Positions 39,921-53,900 are shown, numbered from the stretch's first letter. The stretch is DNA of 64,000 nt from Paraspadella gotoi (GCA_051294375.1 CM119269.1:13932552-13996551); one strand, 5' to 3'. Translations and numbers: made by a program. Notes: generated by a model not told the origin, from the letters alone.

Positions 39921-42900
39921 TTAACCGAAAGCTTGATTGACGTACTGGCGCAATTCCTCTTGTCTCTTTTCCTCCCTTTTCTTATGAGCAAAACAGGCAG
40001 CCAGACCGACGGCGAGGACGAGCAATAACACTGTCGCGCTCAGAATCAGTTTTTCGTCCAGAGCCGGCCCGACTTTCCGGCAGATCCGCCCGGGTAAATC
40101 GCCCGAATCCTCAAAACCTTCCCGGCACCGACAGTCGTGACCCCCTTCGCCGTCGTCGACGCAGAGGGCGTCCGGACTGCAATCGTTGGTGTCCGGTCCG
40201 ACGCAGCGACTCTCGTTGTACGGACGAAGCACTGGAGACTCGAAGCCGAAGAGATCGTCCATTTTGGTCTCGTAATGTCGCTCGATGGTGAACCTGAGCA
40301 CCTCTGCGTCCGGACGAGCGATTCCGGCGTTGATCTCGAAGGAGAAAGCGAAATGGACGACGACGCTTCCGGGACGGAATCCGAGGATGGCCACTCGAAG
40401 AATCTTGCCTCGTTTGACGACGCTTTGCAGCATTCGTAGCAACTCTTTCTCCATCGTCGCTTCCAGTTTCTTATAGACTTTTGAATTCTTGTGCCAAAGT
40501 TCTTCTTTGAAGTTGATCGCCGTAGCCCTGAGCGAAGCCCAAAACTCGTGAGTCTCCACGCAGCGGCCGTCCACTGCTTTTCCGCTGGCGCATGCGCAGA
40601 CGAATGATCCGGGTGTATTGTCGCATTGATACGTCTCGTCGCATACTCGTGGCGTCCCCTCGCACTCGTCCACGTCGTCGCAGCGAAACGCGACGCTAGA
40701 GTTCCACGCCAATTCGCGCTGAAAGCTGATGGTCGAACCGTTGGCCCGATGGGCTCCGCAAACGACGCTTCTCTGATTCTCCTTGAATCCGCGACGACAC
40801 ATCAATAAGCAACGGGAATTCGCTAGTTTCCCGTTTGTGCAGAGCACGGACCCTTCGTCGGGCACCGCGGGCAAGTCAGGGCACTCTTGGCTCTCAGATG
40901 AAATCTTGATCGGGCCCAACTCTACGCGGGCCTTTTGGTCGAGCACAATCGGGCTTCTCCTCCTTCTGACCACCGGAGGATTGAAGCAAGATATCGTAGA
41001 GCAATACGAATTCGATCTCGTAGACTTTAAACAGATTCTCACGTTGCAGAAGAAATAAATCTCATCTCTCTTTCCCACCGAAGGATTGACGAACTGAAAG
41101 GATCGAAAGGTCAACCGGTGATTCTGGCCGACCGTCTCGTTGTAACGAGCATGCTCCAACTTCCAAACGGTTCGATCCACGCACATGTCGCGAAGGACGT
41201 CGATGCGGTTGAATCTCCCGGTGTTGACTCCCGTCGAATCGGTCGTCACCCAGCAATCGTCGAGCGTGACGTCGAACACGTCCTTGACGTTGACGTCGAC
41301 GATGGAACCGGTGAGTTGAACCACGTCGCCGGTGGAGACGGACGCTGCCGGTGCGGTGCCGGTGCAATCGAGAGAATCGTCGGTGCACCTGTTGAGTTCC
41401 AGGTCGATTCGAATGTTGCCGACCTGGGTTCCGTCGATGATGGTTGCGACCGAGAGACCAGAGGCTGGCGCTTGGTTGGAGAAGTAGTTGCTGTAATTGC
41501 AGGAGAGATCGAAGACCTTGTGGAGGGAAGGCCGACGAGGAGTTTGAGGGATGAAGCTCGTCAAATCAGACGTCGCTTAAAAAACACTTTTCTTTTCTCT
41601 TTTAATTCTTTATGACTACAGTTTTGTTTTACTAAATATTGTGACAATACTTATTTTTTGAACAAAATTATTTTCCTTTTCTTTTCCTTTTATTTTCCTT
41701 TTCTTTACCAGTGAACCCATCGCACCTCAAAAGAAATGACTTCCCCGTAAAAGAGTTTCAACTTGATATCCAGCTCGCCCGCGGTGTCCAACTCTCCCCA
41801 ACGACCACAACTGGTGATGTTGACGACGAAATTGGCGGCTCTGACGTCGGTGGCGTTGGGGGCAGCACCGGCGTCGACGGTGGCCGCGTAGTCGGAGAAA
41901 AGAGTCTGGCTAATTCCGGCCAAACATTTTTCCTGACGGAGGGCGATATATAATATTATATATGTTCTCGACATTATATTTTACACCTTGGAATTGATCT
42001 GAGTTAAAAATATGAATTTTGTAAATCGGCATTTACTTCGTCGGCGACTGTTGGCGAAAAAAACACGAAATCGACGAGGGAACCGTTGGCGGTGGACAGC
42101 GTCTCGCCGCCGCTCTGCTGCGCTGCGTCGGCGCGGACGCCGATGATCATCACCTGAGGATGGAGAAAAGTTTGAGTGGGTGTGGCCGGAGGATAATTTC
42201 GATGGGAAACTGTATATATTTTTAGATCAAAGTTTTATAAGATTATTATTTCTATTGATGAATATTTTTTGATCTTGACGTAACGTTACCTGATCCAGTT
42301 GGCCATCGCCTCTGTCAATGCTTGTGCAGTTGACCTGGTCAAAATTAATTATTATTTAAAACAGTAGTAGTCGTATGTAAAATAAGTCCACGAAATATTT
42401 AATGATGTTTCTCTAATGTTTAACCTCTTGTCTCTTTTCTGAATTATTATATATACAGTCATGAGCAAAAAATATTTATTAAATGAATGGATAATTTTTA
42501 TATTGGTTGTTCCAATTTCATAAGAAAAATCAAATTTAAAAAAAAAGGAATGTGTTTAAATTTTATTACAATCGGTCAAGTGGTTTAGGAGATATGATTT
42601 TTTAAACTTGAGTGTTCCAAAACCAAACGGGAAAATCGCATGTTTCAGGGGATCTGGGGCAATCCAGTTATCCAGCTATCCCTCCGGAATATCCAGTATA
42701 ATAATTTTTTTTCATTTTTAATCTATTATAAGAAATGCAAAATATTAGAAGAAAAAGGATTAATCTTAAATTTATCAGATTTTTCACGTACAGCTTTGGG
42801 GTAGAGTACTTCATTTAAAAAATCACTGCTCCTAAACGGAGGGCCCAATTTTAATAAAATTTATGCCAAACTTATCATCTTTCAATAAATTATAAAGCAC

Positions 42901-43121
42901 TTAGTATATAGTATGATAGGGTGATTTTTAAAGTCTGAAATAAAGTGGCGCGATTATTTTGCATTATTAATAAGAAAGTACACTGTATAATATTTCTGGA
43001 AACCCCAAATTTTTTTTTTCTTTTTTTTTTTTGATATTTACTTCAGTTGGTTCAAAGCTTTCCACGACGACGACGACGACGACGAAGAAGAAGAAAACAG
43101 TGGCGAACTCCGAAGAAGCAT
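39921..43121 (-). CDS. Gene F: type I membrane ZP-module protein (signal peptide-ZP-N-ZP-C-furin site-sushi/CCP-Ca-EGF-SEA-EGF-TM-short tail), ~705 aa, 5 exons
   Basis: Exons: 43121-43042 (MLLRSSPL..FFFVVVVVVVESFEPTE; needs 1 nt that is present in the duplicate copy), 42334-42290 (VNCTSIDRGDGQLDQ), 42153-42037, 41932-~41726 and 41575-39921. The exon 4/5 junction phase is uncertain (possible 1-nt indel near 41710-41725). ZP-C motifs LDDCWVT, LRDMC, FRSFQF, IYFFCNVRIC; RRRRS; sushi-like CPDLPAVPDEGSVLC..CLLMCRRGF..W..C; DVDEC..CDNTPGSFVCAC; SEA with FRPGSVVV; TM LILSATVLLLVLAVGLAACFA. Confidence 0.88.
42454..42988. mobile_element. Probable non-autonomous DNA-transposon remnant in gene F intron 1 (second copy in the duplication at ~46600-47128)
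   Basis: Starts TACAGTCATGAGCAAAAAA and ends CACTGTA, resembling Tc1/mariner TA-CAGT termini, although only ~4 bp of TIR match. Internal imperfect inverted repeat between 42555-42605 and 42817-42868. Confidence 0.45.
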
Positions 43122-43491
43122 TGCATTTTCTCATTTCGATCGTTAGAGTGTTTGATTAATATTTATAATGTAGTATTTAATAAAATATTGTATTTTATTT
43201 GAATCGTCCGTCAGAAATAGGAGATTGAGAATGGACGACCGTCGGTCAACGTGAAGAATCTTGAGTTTCGATTTGCGTGAAAACCAGTTTTTCTCGTTTC
43301 CAGACGAAGGTTATAATTTATATTTTTAATATAAACAATAAAAACATTCTTCTCTAGACATAATAAATAACTTTCAGTTTGCGAGTCGACAGGGGGTAAT
43401 TTAATTTATTCACGCTTTAAATCGTAAACAGGGGAAAATCTATGTTTTTTTTATTCGAGTGCTTTCTAATACGTGACATACAGGAGAGAGA

Positions 43492-43543
<52 letters not shown>

Positions 43544-43960
43544 GAGAGAAGAGAGAGAGAGAGAGAGAGAGGACAATAGATAACAACGTATTTTCCTATC
43601 TAATCAACGCCAAAGCGAGAAGAGAATTGTAATTCTGGGTTGCGTTTGTGGGTTAATCTGCCCTCGTCTCTCCCTAACCGGTTCCGAACCAAAGAGAAAT
43701 TAGGTCGATCTTTTGAGTCGCCCAGTGACATATATATATATTTCCTGGAACAATTACCAAATTACATTTGTAAAAGGAATGTAAAAAAGTTCTATCCATC
43801 AATTTGATTCTCATCCTGACTTTGAACTTCCTATAATGGGTTAGAGTTTCCATCCTTCTTACAGTACAAGCGAGATAATTACAAATCAAGCCTCGTTTTG
43901 AGAGAAAATATGAAGTCAACTACAACAAACTATCCATCAGGTTTCATCATTGTCATTATG

Positions 43961-44023
<63 letters not shown>

Positions 44024-44754
44024 CCAGGGCGGGAACCGTGACTGCGTCACTCCCAAAACTCAGAGTGGAACAGGTTTCACCCCGAGGTGACTTCCAAATG
44101 ACCGTGTCGATAAGTCGCCTCGTCGTCGTCGTCGTCGTCGTCGTCGTCAAAATTCCTCGATCAAGTAAATCTAACGTTCATTAATCGTCATGACCGAAAT
44201 TTATTAAGTTACGCCCTTTTTCCGGATTACGAATGACTGGAAAACACGGCGCTCAAATGAATTCCTTTTAATTCCACGAGTGGTACTCTCGAAACAATTG
44301 GGTAACTCATTTTTTGGTTAAATGTTGAACAGTGTCTTATTTATATATATGTATATATCTTATATAAATATCAAGGCGTAACTTGAATAATAGTGATTTA
44401 TATTAATACTAAGCCGACGGGATGTTCTTGAACATGAAATGGACCAATATATGGATCATTTGATATTATGTATATTGTATAATTAATTGTATAGTTACGC
44501 GTTAAATTTAATTGACATGAACAATAATAAATAAATTCGCCTTATCACCTTGGAAATAAAACCTTTTTCTCGTTTCGATTCAAATCTTTTCCGCTTCCGC
44601 CTTCGGAAATGAAGCGTCGCCGATATCATGGTGATTCTTGACTCGTTTCATTTGTTGACGGAACCCGAACCACTTCTGGTGGAACAAAAGAGACGGGGAA
44701 ACTCTTTCCATGAGCCAAAGAACGCAATGTTGTGATAACATTGAGTCTCCAATT

Positions 44755-44867
<113 letters not shown>

Positions 44868-45873
44868 ATCCCACACTGGCGCCTGAAACATTTTCAAGGA
44901 TAATTGAAAGTTCATTTTTCTTTGAATTCCACTGAAAGCCTCAAATCCACTTTTCAATAGGGAAAAAAAATGGTTAAACCTTTTTCTCATATACGGAAAG
45001 AAAGAAAGACGATATAATTTTCATATAATAAGAAAAAGAAAGACGGGGACCTGTCCTCAACTCGTTTCGGACTCATCAAGCGTAAAATTCTTTTTGTCAA
45101 CGAAATAAAACAAAAGTAAATAATCTCGAGAGAAAAATCTTTTTATGGGTTGAGCGAAGAAAAGACTTGTGAATTAAAGTTACTATACTTATCAAGCCTA
45201 AGGAAAATCGGTAAGACGGGTGAACGCCTCAGCGTTATATAAGATCCTGAGGTGGTCTTGTGGCAAGTATGGCATTGATCAACAATAACTTGTATAAATT
45301 GATATTTTTAGTCTTAATAATTCATATGTTGTCGAAGCCAAGTAGTAAACCGCGGTCGACGTCTTAGGGTCACGCGAATGGAAACGCGAAGACGGTGGTC
45401 GGTCGGTCGGTCGGTCGGTCGGTCGGTCGGTCGGTGCCGACTGCGAACGCGTCCGTCTCCTAGCAACCGACTTCCGCGTCCCTCGCATCGCCCGCGGGAA
45501 AAACTTCGGCCTTCGATCGTCGGGGGCGTCCGAAGCCTCGTCGCCGACAACTCGCGCCGTCACGGTCGTTTACAACCCAACAGACCGACGAACAGACAGG
45601 CCGACGGGCCGACACCAGCGTCATCCCATCCGTTTTCATTAACTTTACCTTTTCCACAAAACATCCTCTCATATACAATTTTTTTTTAAAACACATTAAA
45701 TCGTTTGTTATTACGTTAAAACCTCAACCTGAACCTTTGCCCCACCTAGAAATCCTCTATGAATCGCATCCACGCTTTTCTCTTTTACCACCTTATCAGC
45801 ACCCCACCCCTGTCCACCTCCCTTCATCAAAACCACCACTTCTCCACCCGTACTTTTCGTTTCCCGTTTTCTT

Positions 45874-47264
45874 TTACCAGTAACCATCGCACCGCAAAAG
45901 AAATGACTTCCCGTAAAAGAGTTTCAACTTGATATCCAGCCGCCCCCGCGGTGTCCAACTCTCCCCAACGACCACAACTGTGATGTGACGACGAAATTGC
46001 GGGCTCTGACGTCGGTGGCGTTGGGGGCAGCACCGGCGTCGACGGTGGCCGCGTAGTCGGAGAAAAGAGTTCGGGCTAATTCCGGCCAAACATTTTTCCT
46101 GACGGGAGGGCGATATATAATATTATATATTGTTCTCAACATTATATTTTACACCTTGGAATTGATGCAGTCTCCCGGCCTCGGAATTTACTTCGTCGGC
46201 GACTGTCGGCGAAAAAAACACGAAATCGACAGAGAACCGTTGGCGGTGGACAGCGTCTCGCCGCCGCTCTGCTGCGCTGCGTCGGCGGGACGCCGATGAT
46301 CATCACCTGAGGATGGAGACAAGTTTGAGTGGGTGTGGCCGGAGATAATTTCGATGGGAAACTGTATATATTTTTAGATCAAAGTTTTATTACGATTATT
46401 ATTTCTATTGATGAATATTTTATTTAGATACGAATTACCTGATCCAGTTGGCCATCGCCTCTGTCATGCTTGTGCAGTTGACCTGGTCAAAATTAATTAT
46501 TATTTAAAAACAGTAGTAGTCGTATGTAAAATAAGTCACGAAATATTTAATGATGTTTCTCTAATGTTTAACCTCTTGTCTCTTTTCTGAATTATTATAT
46601 ATACAGTCATGAGCAAAAAAATATTTATAAATGATGGATAATTTTTTATATGGTTGTTCCAATTTCATAAGAAAATCAAATTAAAAAAAAAGGAATGTGT
46701 TTAAATTTTATTACAATCGCGTCAAGTGGTTTAGGAGATATGATTTTTTAAACTTGAGTGTTCCAAAACCAAACGGGAAAATCCGCATGTTTCAGGGGAT
46801 CTGGGACAATCCAGTTATCCAGCCTATCCCTCGGATATCCAGTATATTTTTTTTCATTTTTAATCTATATAAGAAATGCAAAATATTAGAAGAAAAAGGA
46901 TTAATCTTAAATTTATCAGATTTTTCACGTACAGCTTTGGGGTAGAGTTACTTCATTTTAAAAAATCACTGCTCCTAAACGGAGGGCCCAATTTAATAAA
47001 ATTTATGCCAACTTATCATCTTTCAATAAATTATAAAGCACTTAGTTATATAGTATGATAGGTGATTTTTAAGTCTGAAATAAAGTGGCGCGATTATTTG
47101 CATTATTAATAAGAAAGTACACTGTATAATATTTCTGGAAACCCCCAAATTTTTTTTTTTTTTTTTTTTTTTTGATATTTACTTCAGTTGGTTCAAAGCT
47201 TTCCACGACGACGGACGACGACGACGAAGAAGAAGAAAACCAGTGGCGAACTCCGAAGAAGCAT
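45874..47264 (-). pseudogene. Duplicate of gene F exons 1-4 (no ZP-C/TM exon)
   Basis: Exon 1 copy at 47264-47183; copies of exons 2-4 at ~46482-46438, ~46305-46191 and ~46098-45878, with several indels. Confidence 0.7.
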
Positions 47265-47618
47265 TGCATTTTCTCATTTCGATCGTTAGAGTGTTTGATT
47301 AATATTTTATAGGTAGTATTTAATAAAATATTGTATTTTATTTGAATCGTCCGTCAGAAATAGGAGATTGAGAATGGACGACCGTCGGTCAACGTGAAGA
47401 ATCTTGAGTTTCGATTTGCGTGAAAACCAGTTTTTCTCGTTTCCAGACGAAGGTTATAATTTATATTTTTAATATAAAACAATAAAAACATTCTTCTCTA
47501 GACATAATAAATACTTTCAGTTTGCGAGTCGACAGGGGGTAATTTAATTTACCGGCTTTAAATCGTAAACAGGGGAAAATCTATGTTTTTTTTATTCGAG
47601 TGCTTTCTAATACGTGAC

Positions 47619-47733
<115 letters not shown>

Positions 47734-48117
47734 ATAGATAACAACGTATTTTCCTATCTAATCAACGCCAAAGCGGAAGAGGAATTGTAATTCTGGGTGC
47801 GTTTGTGGGTTAATCTGCCGCTCGTCTCTCCTAACCGGTTTCCGAACCAAGAGAGAATTAGGTCCGATCTTTTGAGTCGCCCAGTGACATATATATATAT
47901 TTCCTGGAACAATTACTAAATTACATTTGTAAAAGGAATGTAAAAAAGTTCTATCCATCAATTTGATTCTCATCCTGACTTTAAACTTCCTATAATGGGT
48001 TAGATTTCCATCCTTCTTACAGTACAAGCGAGATAATTACAAATCAAGCCTCGTTTGAGAGAAAATATGAAGTCAACTACATCAAACACTATCATCAGGT
48101 TTCATCATTGTCATTAT

Positions 48118-48148
<31 letters not shown>

Positions 48149-48186
48149 TTCTCTCTCTCTCTTCTCTCTCTCTCCTCTTCTCTCTC

Positions 48187-48245
<59 letters not shown>

Positions 48246-48956
48246 CCAGGGCGGGAACCGTGACGGCGTCACTCCCAAAACTCAGAGTGGAACAGGTTTC
48301 ACCCCGAGGTGACTTCCAAATGACCGTGTCATAAGTCGCCTCGTGTCGTCGTCTCGTCGTTCGTCAAAATTCCTCGATCAAGTAAATCTAACGTTCATTA
48401 ATCGTCATGACCGAAATTTATTAAGTTAACGCCCTTTTTCCGGATTACGAAATGACTGGAAAACACGGCGCTCAAATGAATTCCTTTTAATTCGAAACAA
48501 TTGGGTGACTCATTTTTTGGTTAAATGTTGAACAGTGTCTTATTTATATATATGTATATATCTTATATAAATATCAAGGCGTAACTTGAATAATAGTGAT
48601 TTATATTAATACTAAGCCGACGGGATGTTCTCGAACATGAAATGGACCAATATATGGATCCTTTGATATTATGTATATTGCTATATTAATGTATAGTTAC
48701 GCGTTAAATTTAAATTGACATGAACAATAAATAAATTCGCCTTATCACCTTGGATTTAAAACCTTTTTTCTCGTTTCGATTCAAATCTTTTTCCTCTTCC
48801 GCCTTCAGAAATGAACAGCGTCGCCGATATCATGGTGATTCTTGACTCGTTTTCATTTGTTGACGGAACCCGAACCACTTCTGGTGGAACAAAGAGTCGG
48901 GAAACTCTTTCCATGGCCAAAGAACGAATGTTGTGATAACATTGAGTCTCCAATTG

Positions 48957-48999
<43 letters not shown>

Positions 49000-49537
49000 C
49001 GCTCTCTCTCTCTCTCTCTTTCCATCCCACACTGGCGCCTGAAACATTTTCAAGATAATTGAAAATTCATTTTTCCTTTGAATTTCACTGAAAGCCTCAA
49101 AATCCACTTTTCAATAGGGAAAAAAAATGGTTAAACCTTTTTCTCATATACGAAAGAAAGAAAGACGATATAATTTTCATATAATAAGAAAAGAAAGACG
49201 GCGACCTGTCCTCAGCTCGTTTCGGACTCATCAAGCGTAAAATTTCTTTTTGTCAACGAAAATAAAACAAAAGTAAATAATCTCGAGAGAAAAATCTTTT
49301 TATGGGTTGAGCGAAGAAAAGACTTGTGAATTAAAGTTACTATACTTATCAAGCCTAAGGAAAATCGGTAGACGGGTGAACGCCTCAGCGTTATATAAGA
49401 TCCTGAGGTGGTCTTGTGGCAAGTATGGCATTGATCAACAATAACTTGTAATAAATTGATATTTTTAGTCTTAATAATTCATATGTTGTCGAAGCAAATA
49501 GTAACTGTCGACGGTCCACGCGAATGGAACCGAAGAC

Positions 49538-49790
49538 GGGTCGGTCGGTCGGGGTCGTCGGTCGGTCGTCGGTCGCGGTCGGTCGGTCGGTCGGTCGGTC
49601 GGTCGGTCGGTCGGTCGGTCGGTCGTCGGTCGGTCGGTCGGTCGGTCGGTGTCGGTCGATCGGTCCGATCGGTCAATCGGCGATCGGTCGATCGGTCGTC
49701 GGTCGGTCGGTCGGTCGGTCGTCGGTCGGTCGGTCGGTGGTCGGTCGGTCGGTCGTGATCGGTCGGTCGGTCGTCGGTCGGTCGGTCGGT
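49538..49790. repeat. Expanded (GGTC)n tetranucleotide array (short version at 45397-45434 in the other duplicate copy)
   Basis: Seen directly. Confidence 0.93.
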
Positions 49791-50509
49791 GCCGACTGCG
49801 AACGCGTCCGTCTCCTAGCAACCGACTTTCGCGTCCCTCGCATCGCCCGCGGGAAAAACTTCGGCCTTCGATCGTCGGGGGCGTCCGAAGCCTCGTCGCC
49901 GACAACTCGCGCCGTCACGGTCGTTTACAACCAACAGACCGACGAACAGAACAGGCCGACGGGCCGACACCAGCGTCATCCATCGTTTTCATTAACTTTA
50001 CCTTTTCCACAAAACATCCTCTCATATACAATTTTTTTTTAAAAACACATTAAATCTTTTTTATTACGTTAAAAACTCAACCTGAACCTTTGCCCCACCT
50101 AGAAATCCTCTATGAATCGCATCCACGCTTTTCTCTTTACCACTTATCAGCCACCCCCCCTGTCCACCTCCTTCATCAAAAACACACTTCTCCACCCCTG
50201 TCACCCCCCCTTTCCTTCCCTCTCCTTTTTAAACCGAACCCCCCACGGCTCGACTCCTTAATCGAGCCGGGGGCCGAAATTTGTCAAAAGTCGATGGAGT
50301 CAAACTTGGACCGAGCGACACTCGAGGGAAAAAAGACGACGACGACCATGACGACGACGACGCAACGACGACGAAACGATGACAACAAAGAGGACTATTG
50401 ATAGAGCCAAACTTCGTCAATTTCAATTTATTAACCTTTCCAAATGAAACTTCATACATTTCTGAGAAAACTTTAATGGAGGCAAAATTTTCTAAAATGG
50501 CAAGAAGCA

Positions 50510-50915
50510 TTAGTAATTAATTTTTTATATTTATTTATAGATAGAAATGTCAAAAATTTTTTTGGAATTTTTTATTTTTAAAAGCAGATTCAAATAGCTT
50601 ATGAAAAGTTATCTACACAAAGTATAATTCTTTTTCCAATATTTTGATGATAAGTGGGTTTAAATAGAGAAAAACCTTAAAAAATCATCATCATCATCAT
50701 CATCCGATAATTTTAGCAGTTTTTACTAATTTTATAATAAAACATCAAAATTTTAAAAAGTTGTAATTATATTTTTTTGCCTAACTTTTTAAGCTCTATC
50801 AGAATCAATTAAAAAAACTTAAAATATCCAAAAAAATTTTTGTCATTATATAGCAATAAAATAATATTAATTAGCGAATTACTCATGGTTCGGAACATTT
50901 TTGCAAAAAAATATT
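50510..50915. mobile_element. AT-rich MITE-like interspersed repeat (inverted copy of 37410-37800)
   Basis: Diverged reverse-complement match over ~400 bp, including the (ATC)n core. Confidence 0.6.
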
Positions 50916-53900
50916 AACACAATAATTAATACCAATAATGGATTAGTTTAATGCTGTTCCATTAAAATTTGAATTTGGTCGGCTACCGCTNNNNNNNNNN
51001 NNNNNNNNNNNNNNNGTCCACCCCCTTTTCCTTCCCTCTCCTTTTTAAACCGAACCCCCCACCGGCTCGACTCCTTAATCCGAGCCGGGGGCCGAAATTT
51101 GTCAAAAGTCGATGGAGTCAAACGACGACGATGACAACGAAGAGGACTATTGAGATGAGGAAGAGTAGGACAACGCGAGGACCATGACTTTAGATAAGAA
51201 ACTATAACCACAAAGACGACGACGACGACGACGACGACCGAAAGCTTTTAATCGATGAGATTAACGAGCGCTGATGTTCCGCGGTGGTCATTGACCCCTC
51301 TGCCCCCCCCCCCTTCCTTCCGATCTTGGGTCATCGACTCTCGACCCATCGATGAGAAAGATCAATGATCTTTGACCGGCGGTGGTTGACCTCGCGCGTC
51401 TCGCTTTCTCGTTGGTCGCTCTCACTCTCGCTCTCTCTTCAACCATGATTAAACGCGTGGCTTCCGAGGGAATAATAACTGACTGACCAGTGGCCACCGC
51501 GTCGCGTCATTAAAGTTGATCGATGAATCTCAATTATGATCGTCCCGCACTGTTGACAAACTGCCAAAGAAAAAAGCTCGGAAAATAGTTAAATCGACTT
51601 TAAATAAAAAATCAAACAAGAACAATCATTTAAAATGATAACCAATCACCATTATAACCAATAACCATTATAATTTGGGCCAATCAGAGATGCCGACCCT
51701 CTTACTCGTATTTCGGCGCCTCGCAAATCATGAATGATGAAGAGAGAAATCGTCGGGAGTTTCTCGAAATCTCTCCCTCTATGGGGAGGAAGACCTCCCC
51801 CCCGCGTTAAAAACTAGACAAACGCGAAAAGAGGAAATAATTTTTAAAAAAAGGGAAAGTAAACAAAAGGGAAAAGTAAACAAAAGCCTCAAAATGGAGA
51901 AAAAAAAACAACGACTCAAAACTCAAGGAAAAACGAGTGAAAGGAAATGCGACTAAAAAATCCATTAGACGAAAAAAAAGGACTTTTTATTTCTTAAATT
52001 CATCTCTCTCTNNNNNNNNNNCTCTCTCTGCTCTCGCTTTCTTCCTCCTAATATGAAATTTTTAAGGCCCGTGAAAGGCGCAATCTTGACGACGACGACG
52101 ACGACGACGAAAACGAAGGCAGAGCATTAGGCGCCCAGGGGGTGGTCCGTGATCATAGTTTGGATCTGTGGATCTGTGGGGTGGTAAAATTGTGGAGTGG
52201 TCGAGTTAGAATTTGTGGTGGTTGACTGGTGGAGAAAATTAACGCGAATTAACTAATTTTAACTTTTCCCTCTTTTATTTAAATGAATCAAAAGCTATTT
52301 AAAAATAAAAAAGAACAAACAAATTATTAAGAAAAACTACGAGAAGCAAATTGTGGCCTCGAGGAAAATAACAACAACGACAATAACAGGATCGAGCGAC
52401 GAGGACTTGACTGATTCGTCGTGACCCGGAGGCGACGGGCATCTGTGACTTTTGCCCGCTCTTGCCCGACAGTGGACATGAGCAAATGAAGCAGCTGTGA
52501 CTTTTAGTTTGAAACTTTGCTCAAATTTTGAAAATTAAAATCAAAAGAGTTAAATTGATATATAATTTATATTTATTTGTTAATAAATATATAATTTAAA
52601 TTGATACATAAATTGATATGAAAATTTGCAAATTACTTGTTTCACTATTTTCTATTTTTATATTTTATGAAGGATTTTCTTTTTAATCTATATATTTAAT
52701 CGCGAAAAGAATCACTTTGTAATTCTACAAATCTCGTCACTTTTATTTAATTACTAAAATGCTTATAGAAATTATAAATAAACTTCAGCCTTGAGTTAAG
52801 TGTCATTCCAACTTATTCCATCTCGTCTCGTCTTCTCCGTCCTTGATACATCCGGACTTTCGTGTGACGCCATACGTGGCACGCGGTTACGCTCGAATGT
52901 CACGCCGTCACGGAAGTCCGNNNNNNNNNNNNNNNNNNNNNNNNNNNNNNNNNNNNNNNNNNNNNNNNNNNNNNNNNNNNNNNNNNNNNNNNNNNNNNNN
53001 NNNNNNNNNNNNNNNNNNNNNNNNNNNNNNNNNNNNNNNNNNNNNNNNNNNNNNNNNNNNNNNNNNNNNNNNNNNNNNNNNNNNNNNNNNNNNNNNNNNN
53101 NNNNNNNNNNNNNNNNNNNNNNNNNNNNNNNNNNNNNNNNNNNNNNNNNNNNNNNNNNNNNNNNNNNNNNNNNNNNNNNNNNNNNNNNNNNNNNNNNNNN
53201 NNNNNNNNNNNNNNNNNNNNNNNNNNNNNNNNNNNNNNNNNNNNNNNNNNNNNNNNNNNNNNNNNNNNNNNNNNNNNNNNNNNNNNNNNNNNNNNNNNNN
53301 NNNNNNNNNNNNNNNNNNNNNNNNNNNNNNNNNNNNNNNNNNNNNNNNNNNNNNNNNNNNNNNNNNNNNNNNNNNNNNNNNNNNNNNNNNNNNNNNNNNN
53401 NNNNNNNNNNNNNNNNNNNNNNNNNNNNNNNNNNNNNNNNNNNNNNNNNNNNNNNNNNNNNNNNNNNNNNNNNNNNNNNNNNNNNNNNNNNNNNNNNNNN
53501 NNNNNNNNNNNNNNNNNNNNNNNNNNNNNNNNNNNNNNNNNNNNNNNNNNNNNNNNNNNNNCTTTTTTTTTCCTCCTCGTGTTTATTTTCATTTTTCCTT
53601 TTAAATTTTCTTTATCTTTAATTATTTTCTCTTCCTCTTTTTATACCGTGTTCATGACTCTACACTTGAACCGTTATCCTTTTCTTCTTAAATTTTTTTT
53701 TCTATCTTCCTTTTCTTCTTTTCCTCTTTTCCTTCAATTTCTCTTCTCCTCCTTTTCTCGCTTTCCCTGTCAAAATCACGGATGACTGACCAAACATTCG
53801 TCGCTCAAAGATCTTCGCATTAAAATCCTCCTCTTCCTCCTCCTTTTTGACCAAAATCTGGAGAGAGGGTTGTTGTTTTCATTATTTAATTATTAATGTT

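Noticed and set aside
37947-41615. Plus-strand and alternative-frame ORFs overlapping the ZP genes
   Set aside because: Shadow ORFs of GC-rich coding exons.
49456-50053. PTDR/VGRS-repeat ORFs
   Set aside because: Translation of a (GGTC)n microsatellite whose length differs about six-fold between the duplicate copies.
52800-53621. Long ORFs spanning N runs (also at 17-2098, 9797-13381 and 59477-61263)
   Set aside because: They are open only because of assembly gaps and CT/AG low-complexity sequence.
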